Source: Eledone cirrhosa
Taxonomy: Eukaryota
NCBI GenBank assembly: GCA_964016885.1
Contig: OZ024742.1
Location: forward strand, 163,618,001-163,682,000
Length of the DNA stretch: 64,000 nucleotides
Direction of reading: 5' to 3'
Shown: positions 25,191-39,300 of the stretch, one piece after another
How positions within the stretch are numbered: the stretch's first letter is position 1
How the letters are laid out: every line of letters starts with the position of its first letter
Position numbers and translations under genes: made by a program
The notes under the pieces: model-generated
Told to the model about the DNA's origin: nothing
The model's database searches: none
What the model saw: the letters and a program-made list of their open reading frames with translations, nothing else

Positions 25191-28100
25191 GATTTTTTTT
25201 TACAAATTATCTCCCCCTGATTTTTTTTTACAAATTATCTCCCCCTGATTTTTTTTACAAATTATCTCCCCCTGATTTTTTTACAAATTATCTCCCCTTG
25301 GCTGGCTGGAAATTATCTCCCCTTGGAGGCTGGAATTTATCTCCCCTTGGACGGCTAGAAATTACCTCTCCTTGGACGGCTGGAAAATATGACTACTTGG
25401 ACGGCTGGATATTATCTCCCCTTGGACGGCTGGAAATTATCTCCCCTTGGACGGCTAGATATTACCTCCCCTTGGACGGCTGGAAATTATCTCCCCTTGA
25501 TTTTTTTTACAAATTATCTCCCCCTGATTTTTTTACTAATCTCCCAATGATTTTTTTAAAAAAATTATCTCCCCTTCGCTGGCTGGAAATTATCTCCCCT
25601 TGGAGGCTGGAAATTATAGCCCCTTGGAGGGCTGGAAATTATCTTCCCTTGGACGGCTGTAAATTATCTCCCCCTGATTTTTTTACAAATTATCTCCCCC
25701 TGATTTTTTTTTTACAAATTATCTCCCCTTGATTTTTTAACAAATTATCTCCCCCTGATTTTTTTTACAAATTATCTCCCCCTGATTTTTTTACAAATTA
25801 TCTCCCCTTGGCTGGCTGGAAATTATCTCCCCTTGGACGGCTGAAAATTATCTCCCCTTGGACGGCTGGAAATTATCTCCCCTTGATTTTTTTACAAATT
25901 ATCTCCCCCTGATTTTTTTTTACAAATTATCTCCCCCTGATTTTTTTTTACAAATTATCTCCCCCTGATTTTTTTTTACAAATTATCTCCCCCTGATTTT
26001 TTTTACAAATTATCCCCCCCTGATTTTTTTACAAATTATCTCCCCTTGACTGGCTGGAAATTATCTCCCCTTGGAGGCTGGAATTTATCTCCCCTTGGAC
26101 GGCTAGAAATTACCTCTCCTTGGACGGCTGGAAAATATGTCCTTGGACGGCTGGATATTATCTAACCTTGGACGGCTGGAAATTATCTCCCCTTGGACGG
26201 CTGGAAATTATCTCCCCTTGGACGGCTAGATATTACCTCCCCTTGGACGGCTGGAAATTATCTCCCCTTGATTTTTTTTACAAATTATCTCCCCCTGATT
26301 TTTTTTTACAAATCTCCTAATGATTTTTTAAAAAAAATTATCTCCCCTTCGCTGGCTGGAAATTATCTCCCCTTGGACGCTGGAAATTATAGCCCTTTGG
26401 AGGGCTGGAAATTATCTTCCCTTGGACGGCTGGAAATTATCTCCCCTTGATTTTTTTTACAAATTGTCTACCCCTGATTTTTTTTTACAAATTATCTCCC
26501 CCTGATTTTTTTTACAAATTATCTCCCCCTGATTTTTTTACAAATTATCTCCCCCTGATTTTTTTACAAATTATCTCCCCCTGATTTTTTTTACAAATTA
26601 TCTCCGCCTAATTTTTTTAAATATTATCTTTCCTTGGCTGGCGGGAAATTATCTCCCCTTGGACGGCTGAAAATTATCTCCCCTTGGACGGCTGGAAATT
26701 ATCTCCCCTTGATTTTTTTTACAAATAATCTCCCCCTGATTATTTTTTACAAATTATCTCCCCCTGATTTTTTTTTACAAATTATCTCCCCCTGATTTTT
26801 TTTTACAAATTATCTCCCCCTGATATTTTTTACAAATTATCTCCCCCTGATTTTTTTACAAATTATCTCCCCTTGGCTGGCTGGAAATTATCTCCCCTTG
26901 GAGGCTGGAATTTATCTCCCCTTGGACGGCTGGAAATTATCTCCCCTTGGACGGCTGGAAATTATCTCCCCTTGGACGGCTAGAAATTACCTCTCCTTGG
27001 ACGGCTGAAAATTATCTCCCCTTGGACGGCTGCAAATTATCTCCCCTTGATTTTTTTAACAAATTATCTCCCCCTGATTTTTTTTACAAATTATCTCCCC
27101 CTGATTTTTTTTACAAATTATCTACGCCTAATTTTTTTTACAAATTATCTCCCCCTGATTTTTTTTTACAAATTATCTCCTGATTTTTTTTTACAAATTA
27201 TCTCCCCCTGATTTTTTTTTACAAATTATCTCCCCCCTGATTTTTTTTACAATCTCCGCCTGATTTTTTTAAAAATGATCTTCCCTTGGCTGGCGGGTAA
27301 TTATCTCCCCTTGGACGGCTGGAAATTATATCCCCTTGGAAGGATGGAAATTATCTCCCCTTGGACGGCTGGAAATTATCTCCCCTTGGACGGCTGGAAA
27401 TTATCTCCCCTTGGACAGCTGGAAATTATCTGCCCTTGATTTTGTTTTTACAAATTATCTCCCCCTGATTTTTTTTTACAAATTATCTCCCCCTGATTTT
27501 TTTTTTACAAATTATCTCCCCCTGATTTTTTTACAAATTATCTCCCCCTGATTTTTTTTACAAATTATCTCCGCCTGATTTTTTTTTTTAAATGATCTCC
27601 CCTTGGACGGCTGGAAATTATCTCCCCTTGGGCGGCTGGAAATTATCTCCCCTTGGACGGCTAGAAATTACCTCTCCTTGGACGGCTGAAAATTATCTCC
27701 CCTTGGACGGCTGTAAATTATCTCCCCTTGATTTTTTTAACAAATTATCTCCCCCTGATTTTTTTTACAAATTATCTCCCTCTGATTTTTTTTTACAAAT
27801 TATCTACGCCTAATTTTTTTTACAAATTATCTCCCCTTGATTTTTTTTTACAAATTATCTCCCCCTGATTTTTTTTACAAATTATCTCCCCCTGATTTTT
27901 TTTTACAAATTATCTCCCCCCTGATTTTTTTTACAATCTCCGCCTGATTTTTTTAAAAATTATCTTCCCTTGGCTGGCGGGAAATTATCTCCCCTTGGAC
28001 GGCTGGAAATTATATCCCCTTGGAAGGATGGAAATTATCTCCCCTTGGACGGCTGGAAATTATCTCCCCTTGGACGGCTGGAAATTATCTCCCCTTGGAC

Positions 28101-29849
28101 AGCTGGAAATTATCTGCCCTTGATTTTGTTTTTACAAATTATCTCCCCCTGATTTTTTTTTAAAATTATCTCTCCTTGGACGGCTGGAAATTATCTCCCC
28201 TTGATTTTTTTTACAAATTATCTACCCCTGATTTTTTTTACAAATTATCTCCCCCTGATTTTTTTTTACAAATTATCTACCCTTGATTTTTTTTTACAAA
28301 TTATCTCCCCCTGATTTTTTTTACAAATTATCTCCCCCTGATTTTTTTTACAAATTATCTCCGCCTAATTTTTTTAAATATTATCTTGCCTTGGCTGGCG
28401 GGAAATTATCTCCCCTTGGACGGCTGAAAATTATCTCCCCTTGGACGGCTGGAAATTATCTCCCCTTGGAGGCTGGAATTTATCTCCCCTTGGACGGCAA
28501 GAAATTACCTCTCCTTGGACGGCTGGAAAATATGTCTCCTTGGACGGCTAGAAATTATCTCCCCTTGGACGGCTGGAAATTATCTCCCCTTGGACGGCTG
28601 GAAATTATCTCTCCTCGGACGGCTAGAAATTACCTCTCCTTGGACCGCTGAAAATTATCTCCCCTTGGACGGCTGGAAATTATCTCCCCTTGATTTTTTT
28701 TACAAATTATCTCCCCCTGATTTTTTTACAAATTATCTCCCCTTGGCTGGCTGGAAATTATCTCCCCTTGGAGGCTGGAATTTATCTCCCCTTGGACGGC
28801 TAGAAATTACCTCGCCTTGGACGGCTGGAAAATATGTCTCCTTGGACGGCTGGAAATTATCTCTTCTTGGACGGCTGGAAATTATCTCCCCTTGGACGGC
28901 TAGATATTACCTCCCCTTGGACGGCTGGAAATTATCTCCCCTTGATTTTTTTTACAAATTAGCTCCCCCTGATTTTTTTTTACAAATTATCTCCCCCTGA
29001 TTTTTTTTTACGAATTATCTCCCCCTGATTTTTTTTTACAAATTATCTCCGCCTGATTTTTTTTTTTAAATTATCTCCCCTTGGACGGCTGGAAATTATC
29101 TCCCCTTGGACGGCTAGAAGTTACCTCTCCTTGGACGGCTGAAAATTATCTCCCCTTGGACGGCTGCAAATTATCTCCCCTTGATTTTTTTAACAAATTA
29201 TCTCCCCCTGATTTTTTCTTACAAATTATCTCCCCCTGATTTTTATTTACAAATTATCTACGCCTAATTTTTTTTACAAATTATCTCCCCCTGATTTTTT
29301 TTTACAAATTATCTCCCCCTGACTTTTTTTTACAAATTATCTCCCCCTGATTTTTTTACAAATTATCTCCCCCCTGATTTTTATTACAATCTCCGCCTGA
29401 TTTTTTAAAAAATTATCTTCCCTTGGCTGGCGGGAAATTATCTCCCCTTGGACGGCTGGAAATTATATCCCCTTGGAAGGATGGAAATTAACTCCCCTTG
29501 GACGGCTGGAAATTATCTCCCCTTGGACGGCTGGAAATTATCTCCCCTTGGACAGCTGGAAATTATCTGCCCTTGATTTTGTTTTTACAAATTATCTCCC
29601 CCTGATTTTTTTTACAAATTATCTCCACCTGATTTTTTAAAAAATTATCTCCCCTTGGACGGCTGGAAATTATCTCCCCTTGGCTGGAAATTATCTCCCC
29701 TTGGACGGCTAGAAATTATCTCTCTTTGGACGGCTGGAAATTATCTCCCCTTCGCTGGCTGGAAATTATCTCCCCTTGGACGCTGGAAATTATAGCCCCT
29801 TGGAGGGCTGGAAATTATCTTCCCTTGGACGGCTGGAAATTATCTCCCC

Positions 29850-32800
29850 TTGATTTTTTTTACAAATTATCTCCCCCTGATTTTTTTTACAAATTATCAC
29901 CCCCTGATTTTTTTTTACAAATTATCTCCCCCTGATTTTTTTTTTACAAATTATCTCCGCCTGATTTTTTAAAAAAATTATCTCCCCCTGATTTTTTTTT
30001 TACAAATTATCTCCCCCTGATTTTTTTTCTACAAATTATCTCCCCCTGATTTTTTTACAAATTATCTCCCCCTGATTTTTTTTACAATATCCGCCCGATT
30101 TTTTTAAAAATTATCTTCCCTTGGCTGGCGGGAAATTATCTCCCCTTGGACGGCTGGAAATTATCTCCCCTTGGAAGGATGGAAATTATCTCCCCTTGGA
30201 CGGCTGGAAATTATCTCCCCTTGCACGGCTGGAAATTATCTCCCCTTGGACAGCTGGAAATTATCTGCCCTTGATTTTGTTTTTACAAATTATCTCCACC
30301 TGATTTTTTAAAAAATTATCTCCCCTTGGACGGCTGGAAATTATCTCCCCTTGGACGGCTAGAAATTATCTCTCTTTGGACGGCTGGAAATTATCTCCCT
30401 TTGATTTTTTTTACAAATTTCCCCCTGATTTTTAAAAAAAAATTATCTCCCCTTCGCTGGCTGGAAATTATCTCCCCTTGGACACTGGAAATTATAGCCC
30501 CTTGGAGGGCTGGAAATTATCTTCCCTTGGACGGCTGGAAATTATCTCCCCTTGAATTTTTTTACAAATAATCTCCCCCTGATTTTTTTTTACAAATTAT
30601 CTCCCCCTGATTTTTTTTTACAAATTATCTCCGCCTGATTTTTTTTAAAATTATCTCTCCTTGGACGGCTGGAAATTATCTCCACTTGATTTTTTTTACA
30701 AATCATCTCCCCCTGATTTTTTTTTACAAATTATCTCCCCCTGATTTTTTTTTACAAATTATCTTCCCCTGATTTTTTTTTACAAATTATCTCCCCCTGA
30801 TTTTTTTTACAAATTATCTCCCCATGATTTTTTTACAAATTATCTCCCCTTGGCTGGCTGGAAATTATCTCCCCTTGGAGGCTGGAATTTATCTCCCCTT
30901 GGACGGCTAGAAATTACCTCTCCTTGGACGGCTGGAAAATATGTCTCCTTGGACGGCTGGATATTATCTACCCTTGGACGGCTGGAAATTATCTCCCCTT
31001 GGACGGCTGGAAATTATCTCCCCTTGGACGGCTAGATATTACCTCCCCTTGGACGGCTGGAAATTATCTCCCCTTGATTTTTTTTACAAATTATCTCCCC
31101 CTGATTTTTTTTACAAATTATCTCCCCCTGATTTTTTTACAAATTATCTCCCCATGATTTTTCTACAAATTATCTCCGCCTAATTTTTTTAAATATTATC
31201 TTCCCTTGGCTGGCGGGAAATTATCTCCCCTTGGACGGCTGAAAATTATCTCCCCTTGGACGGCTGGAAATTATCTCCCCTTGATTTTTTTACAAATTAT
31301 CTCCCCCTGATTATTTTTTACAAATTATCTCCCCCTGATTTTTTTTTACAAATTATCTCCCTCTGATTTTTTTTACAAATTATCTCCCCCTGATTTTTTT
31401 ACAAATTATCTTCCCTTGGCTGGCGGGAAATTATCTCCCCTTGGACGGCTGGAAATTATCTCCCCTTGGAAGGATGGAAATTATCTCCCCTTGGACGGCT
31501 GGAAATTATCTCCCCTTGCACGGCTGGAAATTATCTCCCCTTGGACAGCTGGAAATTATCTGCCCTTGGACGGCTGGAAATTATCTCTCCTCGGACGGCT
31601 AGAAATTACCTCTCCTTGGACGGCTGAAAATTATCTCCCCTTGGACGGCTGGAAAATATGTCTCCTTGGACGGCTGGAAATTATCTCCCCTTGGACGGCT
31701 GGAAATTATCTCCCCTTGGACGGCTGGAAATTATCTCTCCTCGGACGGCTAGAAATTACCTCTCCTTGGACGGCTGAAAATTATCTCCCCTTGGACGGCT
31801 GGAAATTATCTCCCCTTGATTTTTTTTACAAATTATCTCCCCCTGATTTTTTTTTACAAATTATCTCCCCCTGATTTTTTTTTACAAATTATCTCCCCCT
31901 GATTTTTTTTTACAAATTATCTCCCCCTGATATTTTTTACAAATTATCTCCCCCTGATTTTTTTACAAATTATCTCCCCTTGGCTGGCTGGAAATTATCT
32001 CCCCTTGGAGGCTGGAATTTATCTCCCCTTGGACGGCTAGAAATTACCTCGCCTTGGACGGCTGGAAAATATGTCTCCTTGGACGGCTGGAAATTATCTC
32101 CCCTTGGACGGCTGGAAATTATCTCCCCTTGGACGGCTAGATATTACCTCCCCTTGGACGGCTGGAAATTATCTCCCCTTGATTTTTTTTTACAAATTAT
32201 CTCCCCCTGATTTTTTTTTACAAATTATCTCCCCCTGATTTTTTTTTACGAATTATCTCCCCCTGATTTTTTTTACAAATTATCTCCGCCTGATTTTTTT
32301 AAAAAAATTATCTCCCCTTGGACGGCTGGAAATTATCTCCCCTTGATTTTTTTTACAAATTATCTCCCTCTGATTTTTTTTACAAATTATCTCCCCCTGA
32401 TTTTTTTTTACAAATTATCTCCCCCTGATTTTTTTTTTACAAATTATCTCCGCCTGATTTTTTAAAAAAATTATCTCTCCCTGATTTTTTTTTACAAATT
32501 ATCTCCCCCTGATTTTTTTTCTACAAATTATCTCCCCCTGATTTTTTTACAAATTATCTCCCCCTGATTTTTTTTACAATATCCGCCCGATTTTTTTAAA
32601 AATTATCTTCCCTTGGCTGGCGGGAAATTATCTCCCCTTGGACGGCTGGAAATTATCTCCCCTTGGAAGGATGGAAATTATCTCCCCTTGGACGGCTGGA
32701 AATTATCTCCCCTTGCACGGCTGGAAATTATCTCCCCTTGGACAGCTGGAAATGATCTGCCCTTGATTTTGTTTTTACAAATTATCTCCACCTGATTTTT

Positions 32801-35150
32801 TAAAAAATTATCTCCCCTTGGACGGCTGGAAATTATCTCCCCTTGGACGGCTAGAAATTATCTCTCTTTGGACGGCTGGAAATTATCTCCCTTTGATTTT
32901 TTTTACAAATTTCCCCCTGATTTTTTAAAAAAAATTATCTCCCCTTCGCTGGCTGGAAATTATCTCCCCTTGGACACTGGAAATTATAGCCCCTTGGAGG
33001 GCTGGAAATTATCTTCCCTTGGACGGCTGGAAATTATCTCCCCTTGATTTTTTTTACAAATAATCTCCCCCTGATTTTTTTTTACAAATTATCTCCCCCT
33101 GATTTTTTTTTACAAATTATCTCCGCCTGATTTTTTTCTTAAATTATCTCTCCTTGGACGGCTGGAAATTATCTCCACTTGATTTTTTTTACAAATCATC
33201 TCCCCCTGATTTTTTTTTACAAATTATCTTCCCCTGATTTTTTTTTACAAATTATCTTCCCCTGATTTTTTTTTACAAATTATCTCCCCCTGATTTTTTT
33301 TACAAATTATCTCCCCATGATTTTTTTACAAATTATCTCCCCTTGGCTGGCTGGAAATTATCTCCCCTTGGAGGCTGGAATTTATCTCCCCTTGGACGGC
33401 TAGAAATTACCTCTCCTTGGACGGCTGGAAAATATGTCTCCTTGGACGGCTGGATATTATCTACCCTTGGACGGCTGGAAATTATCTCCCCTTGGACGGC
33501 TGGAAATTATCTCCCCTTGGACGGCTAGATATTACCTCCCCTTGGACGGCTGGAAATTATCTCCCCTTGATTTTTTTTACAAATTATCTCCCCCTGATTT
33601 TTTTTACAAATTATCTCCCCCTGATTTTTTTACAAATTATCTCCCCATGATTTTTCTACAAATTATCTCCGCCTAATTTTTTTAAATATTATCTTACCTT
33701 GGCTGGCGGGAAATTATCTCCCCTTGGACGGCTGAAAATTATCTCCCCTTGGACGGCTGGAAATTATCTCCCCTTGATTTTTTTACAAATTATCTCCCCC
33801 TGATTATTTTTTACAAATTATCTCCCCCTGATTTTTTTTTACAAATTATCTCCCTCTGATTTTTTTTACAAATTATCTCCCCCTGATTTTTTTACAAATT
33901 ATCTTCCCTTGGCTGGCGGGAAATTATCTCCCCTTGGACGGCTGGAAATTATCTCCCCTTGGAAGGATGGAAATTATCTCCCCTTGGACGGCTGGAAATT
34001 ATCTCCCCTTGCACGGCTGGAAATTATCTCCCCTTGGACAGCTGGAAATTATCTGCCCTTGGACGGCTGGAAATTATCTCTCCTCGGACGGCTAGAAATT
34101 ACCTCTCCTTGGACGGCTGAAAATTATCTCCCCTTGGACGGCTGGAAAATATGTCTCCTTGGACGGCTGGAAATTATCTCCCCTTGGACGGCTGGAAATT
34201 ATCTCCCCTTGGACGGCTGGAAATTATCTCTCCTCGGACGGCTAGAAATTACCTCTCCTTGGACGGCTGAAAATTATCTCCCCTTGGACGGCTGGAAATT
34301 ATCTCCCCTTGATTTTTTTTACAAATTATCTCCCCCTGATTTTTTTTTACAAATTATCTCCCCCTGATTTTTTTTTACAAATTATCTCCCCCTGATTTTT
34401 TTTTACAAATTATCTCCCCCTGATATTTTTTACAAATTATCTCCCCCTGATTTTTTTACAAATTATCTCCCCTTGGCTGGCTGGAAATTATCTCCCCTTG
34501 GAGGCTGGAATTTATCTCCCCTTGGACGGCTAGAAATTACCTCGCCTTGGACGGCTGGAAAATATGTCTCCTTGGACGGCTGGAAATTATCTCCCCTTGG
34601 ACGGCTGGAAATTATCTCCCCTTGGACGGCTAGATATTACCTCCCCTTGGACGGCTGGAAATTATCTCCCCTTGATTTTTTTTTACAAATTATCTCCCCC
34701 TGATTTTTTTTTACAAATTATCTCCCCCTGATTTTTTTTACGAATTATCTCCCCCTGATTTTTTTTACAAATTATCTCCGCCTGATTTTTTTAAAAAAAT
34801 TATCTCCCCTTGGACGGCTGGAAATTATCTCCCCTTGATTTTTTTTACAAATTATCTCCCCCTGATTTTTTTTACAAATTATCTCCCCCTGATTTTTTTT
34901 TACAAATTATCTCCCCCTGATTTTTTTTTTACAAATTATCTCCGCCTGATTTTTTAAAAAAATTATCTCCCCCTGATTTTTTTTTACAAATTATCTCCCC
35001 CTGATTTTTTTTCTACAAATTATCTCCCCCTGATTTTTTTACAAATTATCTCCCCCTGATTTTTTTTACAATATCCGCCCGATTTTTTTAAAAATTATCT
35101 TCCCTTGGCTGGCGGGAAATTATCTCCCCTTGGACGGCTGGAAATTATCT
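29850..35150 (+). repeat. Tandem higher-order duplication, ~2.49 kb x2 plus start of a third copy
   Basis: ORF offsets: 30121/32613/35105 (2492), 30850/33343, 31416/33909, 31980/34473 (2493). Marker acaatatccgcccga at ~30085, ~32577, ~35068. Confidence 0.93.
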
Positions 35151-36357
35151 CCCCTTGGACGGCTAGATATTACCTCCCCTTGGACGGCTGGAAATTATCT
35201 CCCCTTGATTTTTTTTACAAATTATCTCCCCCTGATTTTTTTTACAAATTATCTCCCCCTGATTTTTTTACAAATTATCTCCCCATGATTTTTCTACAAA
35301 TTATCTCCGCCTAATTTTTTTAAATATTATCTTCCCTTGGCTGGCGGGAAATTATCTCCCCTTGGACGGCTGAAAATTATCTCCCCTTGGACGGCTGGAA
35401 ATTATCTCCCCTTGATTTTTTTACAAATTATCTCCCCCTGATTATTTTTTACAAATTATCTCCCCCTGATTTTTTTTTACAAATTATCTCCCTCTGATTT
35501 TTTTTACAAATTATCTCCCCCTGATTTTTTTACAAATTATCTTCCCTTGGCTGGCGGGAAATTATCTCCCCTTGGACGGCTGGAAATTATCTCCCCTTGG
35601 AAGGATGGAAATTATCTCCCCTTGGACGGCTGGAAATTATCTCCCCTTGCACGGCTGGAAATTATCTCCCCTTGGACAGCTGGAAATTATCTGCCCTTGA
35701 TTTTGTTTTTACAAATTATCTCCACCTGATTTTTTAAAAAATTATCTCCCCTTGGACGGCTGGAAATTATCTCCCCTTGGACGGCTAGAAATTATCTCTC
35801 TTTGGACGGCTGGAAATTATCTCCCTTTGATTTTTTTTACAAATTTCCCCCTGATTTTTTAAAAAAAATTATCTCCCCTTCGCTGGCTGGAAATTATCTC
35901 CCCTTGGACACTGGAAATTATAGCCCCTTGGAGGGCTGGAAATTATCTTCCCTTGGACGGCTGGAAATTATCTCCCCTTGATTTTTTTTACAAATAATCT
36001 CCCCCTGATTTTTTTTTACAAATTATCTCCCCCTGATTTTTTTTTACAAATTATCTCCGCCTGATTTTTTTTTAAAATTATCTCTCCTTGGACGGCTGGA
36101 AATTATCTCCACTTGATTTTTTTACAAATCATCTCCCCCTGATTTTTTTTTACAAATTATCTCCCCCTGATTTTTTTTTACAAATTATCTTCCCCTGATT
36201 TTTTTTTACAAATTATCTCCCCCTGATTTTTTTTACAAATTATCTCCCCATGATTTTTTTACAAATTATCTCCCCTTGGCTGGCTGGAAATTATCTCCCC
36301 TTGGAGGCTGGAATTTATCTCCCCTTGGACGGCTAGAAATTACCTCTCCTTGGACGG

Positions 36358-39300
36358 CTGGAAAATATGTCTCCTTGGACGGCTGGATATTATCTACCCT
36401 TGGACGGCTGGAAATTATCTCCCCTTGGACGGCTGGAAATTATCTCCCCTTGGACGGCTAGATATTACCTCCCCTTGGACGGCTGGAAATTATCTCCCCT
36501 TGATTTTTTTTACAAATTATCTCCCCCTGATTTTTTTTACAAATTATCTCCCCCTGATTTTTTTACAAATTATCTCCCCATGATTTTTCTACAAATTATC
36601 TCCGCCTAATTTTTTTAAATATTATCTTCCCTTGGCTGGCGGGAAATTATCTCCCCTTGGACGGCTGAAAATTATCTCCCCTTGGACGGCTGGAAATTAT
36701 CTCCCCTTGATTTTTTTACAAATTATCTCCCCCTGATTATTTTTTACAAATTATCTCCCCCTGATTTTTTTTTACAAATTATCTCCCTCTGATTTTTTTT
36801 ACAAATTATCTCCCCCTGATTTTTTTACAAATTATCGCCCCTTGGCTGGCTGGAAATTATCTCCCCTTGGAAGCTGGAATTTATCACCCCTTGGACGGTT
36901 AGAAATTACCTCTCCTTGGACGGCTGGAAAATATGTCTCCTTGGACGGCTGGAAATTATCTCCCCTTGGACGGCTGGAAATTATCTCTCCTCGGACGGCT
37001 AGAAATTACCTCTCCTTGGACGGCTGAAAATTATCTCCCCTTGGACGGCTGGAAATTATCTCCCCTTGATTTTTTTTACAAATTATCTCCCCCTGATTTT
37101 TTTTTACAAATTATCTTCCCCTGATTTTTTTTTACAAATTATCTCCCCCTGATTTTTTTTTACAAATTATCTCCCCCTGATATTTTTTACAAATTATCTC
37201 CCCCTGATTTTTTTACAAATTATCTCCCCTTGGCTGGCTGGAAATTATCTCCCCTTGGAGGCTGGAATTTATCTCCCCTTGGACGGCTAGAAATTACCTC
37301 GCCTTGGACGGCTGGAAAATATGTCTCCTTGGACGGCTGGAAATTATCTCCCCTTGGACGGCTGGAAATTATCTCCCCTTGGACGGCTAGATATTACCTC
37401 CCCTTGGACGGCTGGAAATTATCTCCCCTTGATTTTTTTTTACAAATTGTCTCCCCCTGATTTTTTTTTACAAATTATCTCCCCCTGATTTTTTTTTACG
37501 AATTATCTCCCCCTGATTTTTTTTACAAATTATCTCCGCCTGATTTTTTTAAAAAAATTATCTCCCCTTGGACGGCTGGAAATTATCTCCCCTTGATTTT
37601 TTTTACAAATTATCTCCCCCTGATTTTTTTTTACAAATTATCTCCCCCTGATTTTTTTTTACAAATTATCTACCCCTGATTTTTTTTTACAAATTATCTC
37701 CCCCTGATTTTTTTTACAAATTATCTCCCCCTGATTTTTTTTTTACAAATTATCTTCGCCTGATTTTTTTAAAAAAATTATCTCCCCTTGGACGGCTGGA
37801 AATTATCTCCCCTTGGACGGCTGGAAATTATCTCCCCTTGGACGGCTAGAAATTACCTCTACTTGGACGGCTGAAAATTATCTCCCCTTGGACGGCTGCA
37901 AATTATCTCCCCTTGATTTTTTTTACAAATTATCTCCCCCTGATTTTTTTTTACAAATTATCTCCCCTTGATTTTTTTTCTACAAATTATCTCCCCCTGA
38001 TTTTTTTTACAATCTCCGCCTGATTTTTTAAAAAATTATCTTCCCTTGGCTGGCGGGAAATTATCTCCCCTTGGACGGCTGGAAATTATCTCCCCTTGGA
38101 AGGATGGAAATTATCTCCCCTTGGACGGCTGGAAATTATCTCCCCTTGCACGGCTGGAAATTATCTCCCCTTGGACAGCTGGAAATTATCTGCCCTTGAT
38201 TTTGTTTTTACAAATTATCTCCCCCTGATTTTTTTTACAAATTATCTCCACCTGATTTTTTAAAAAATTATCTCCCCTTGGACGGCTGGAAATTATCTCC
38301 CCTTGGCTGGAAATTATCTCTCCTTGGACGGCTGGAAATTATCTCCCTTTGATTTTTTTTACAAATTATCTCCCTCTGAATTTTTACAAATTTCCCCCTG
38401 ATTTAAAAAAAAAAATTATCTCCCCTTCGCTGGCTGGAAATTATCTCCCCTTGGACACTGGAAATTATAGCCCCTTGGAGGGCTGGAAATTATCTTCCCT
38501 TGGACGGCTGGAAATTATCTCCCCTTGATTTTTTTTACAAATTATCTCCCCCTGATTTTTTTTTACAAATTATCTACCCCTGATTTTTTTTTACAAATTA
38601 TCTCCCCCTGATTTTTTTTACAAATTATCTCCCCCTGATTTTTTTTACAAATTATCTCCCCCTGATTTTTTTACAAATTATCTCCCCCTGATTATTTTTT
38701 ACAAATTATCTCCCCCTGATTTTTTTTACAAATTATCTCCCCCTGATTTTTTTTACAAATTATCTCCCCCTGATTTTTTTTTTACAAGTTATCTCCGCCT
38801 GATTTTTTTTACAAATTATCTCCCCCTGATTTTTTTACAAATTATCTCCCCCTGATTTTTTTTACAAATTATCTCCGCCTAATTTTTTTAAATATTATCT
38901 TCCCTTGGCTGGCGGGAAATTATCTCCCCTTGGACGGCTAGAAATTACCTCTCCTTGGACGACTGAAAATTATCTCCCCTTGGACAGCTGCAAATTATCT
39001 CCCCTTGATTTTTTTTACAAATTATCTCCGCCTGATTTTTTTTTTAAAATTATCTCCCCTTGGACGGCTGGAAATTATCTCCCCTTGGACGGCTGGAAAT
39101 TGTCTCCCCTTGGACGGCTAGAAATTACCTCTCCTTGGACGGCTGAAAATTATCTCCCCTTGGACGGCTGGAAATTATCTCCCCTTGATTTTTTTACAAA
39201 TTATCTCCGCCTGATATTTTTTTACAAATTATCTCCCCCTGATTTTTTTTTACAAATTATCTCCCCCTGATTTTTTTTTACAAATTATCGCCCCCTGATT

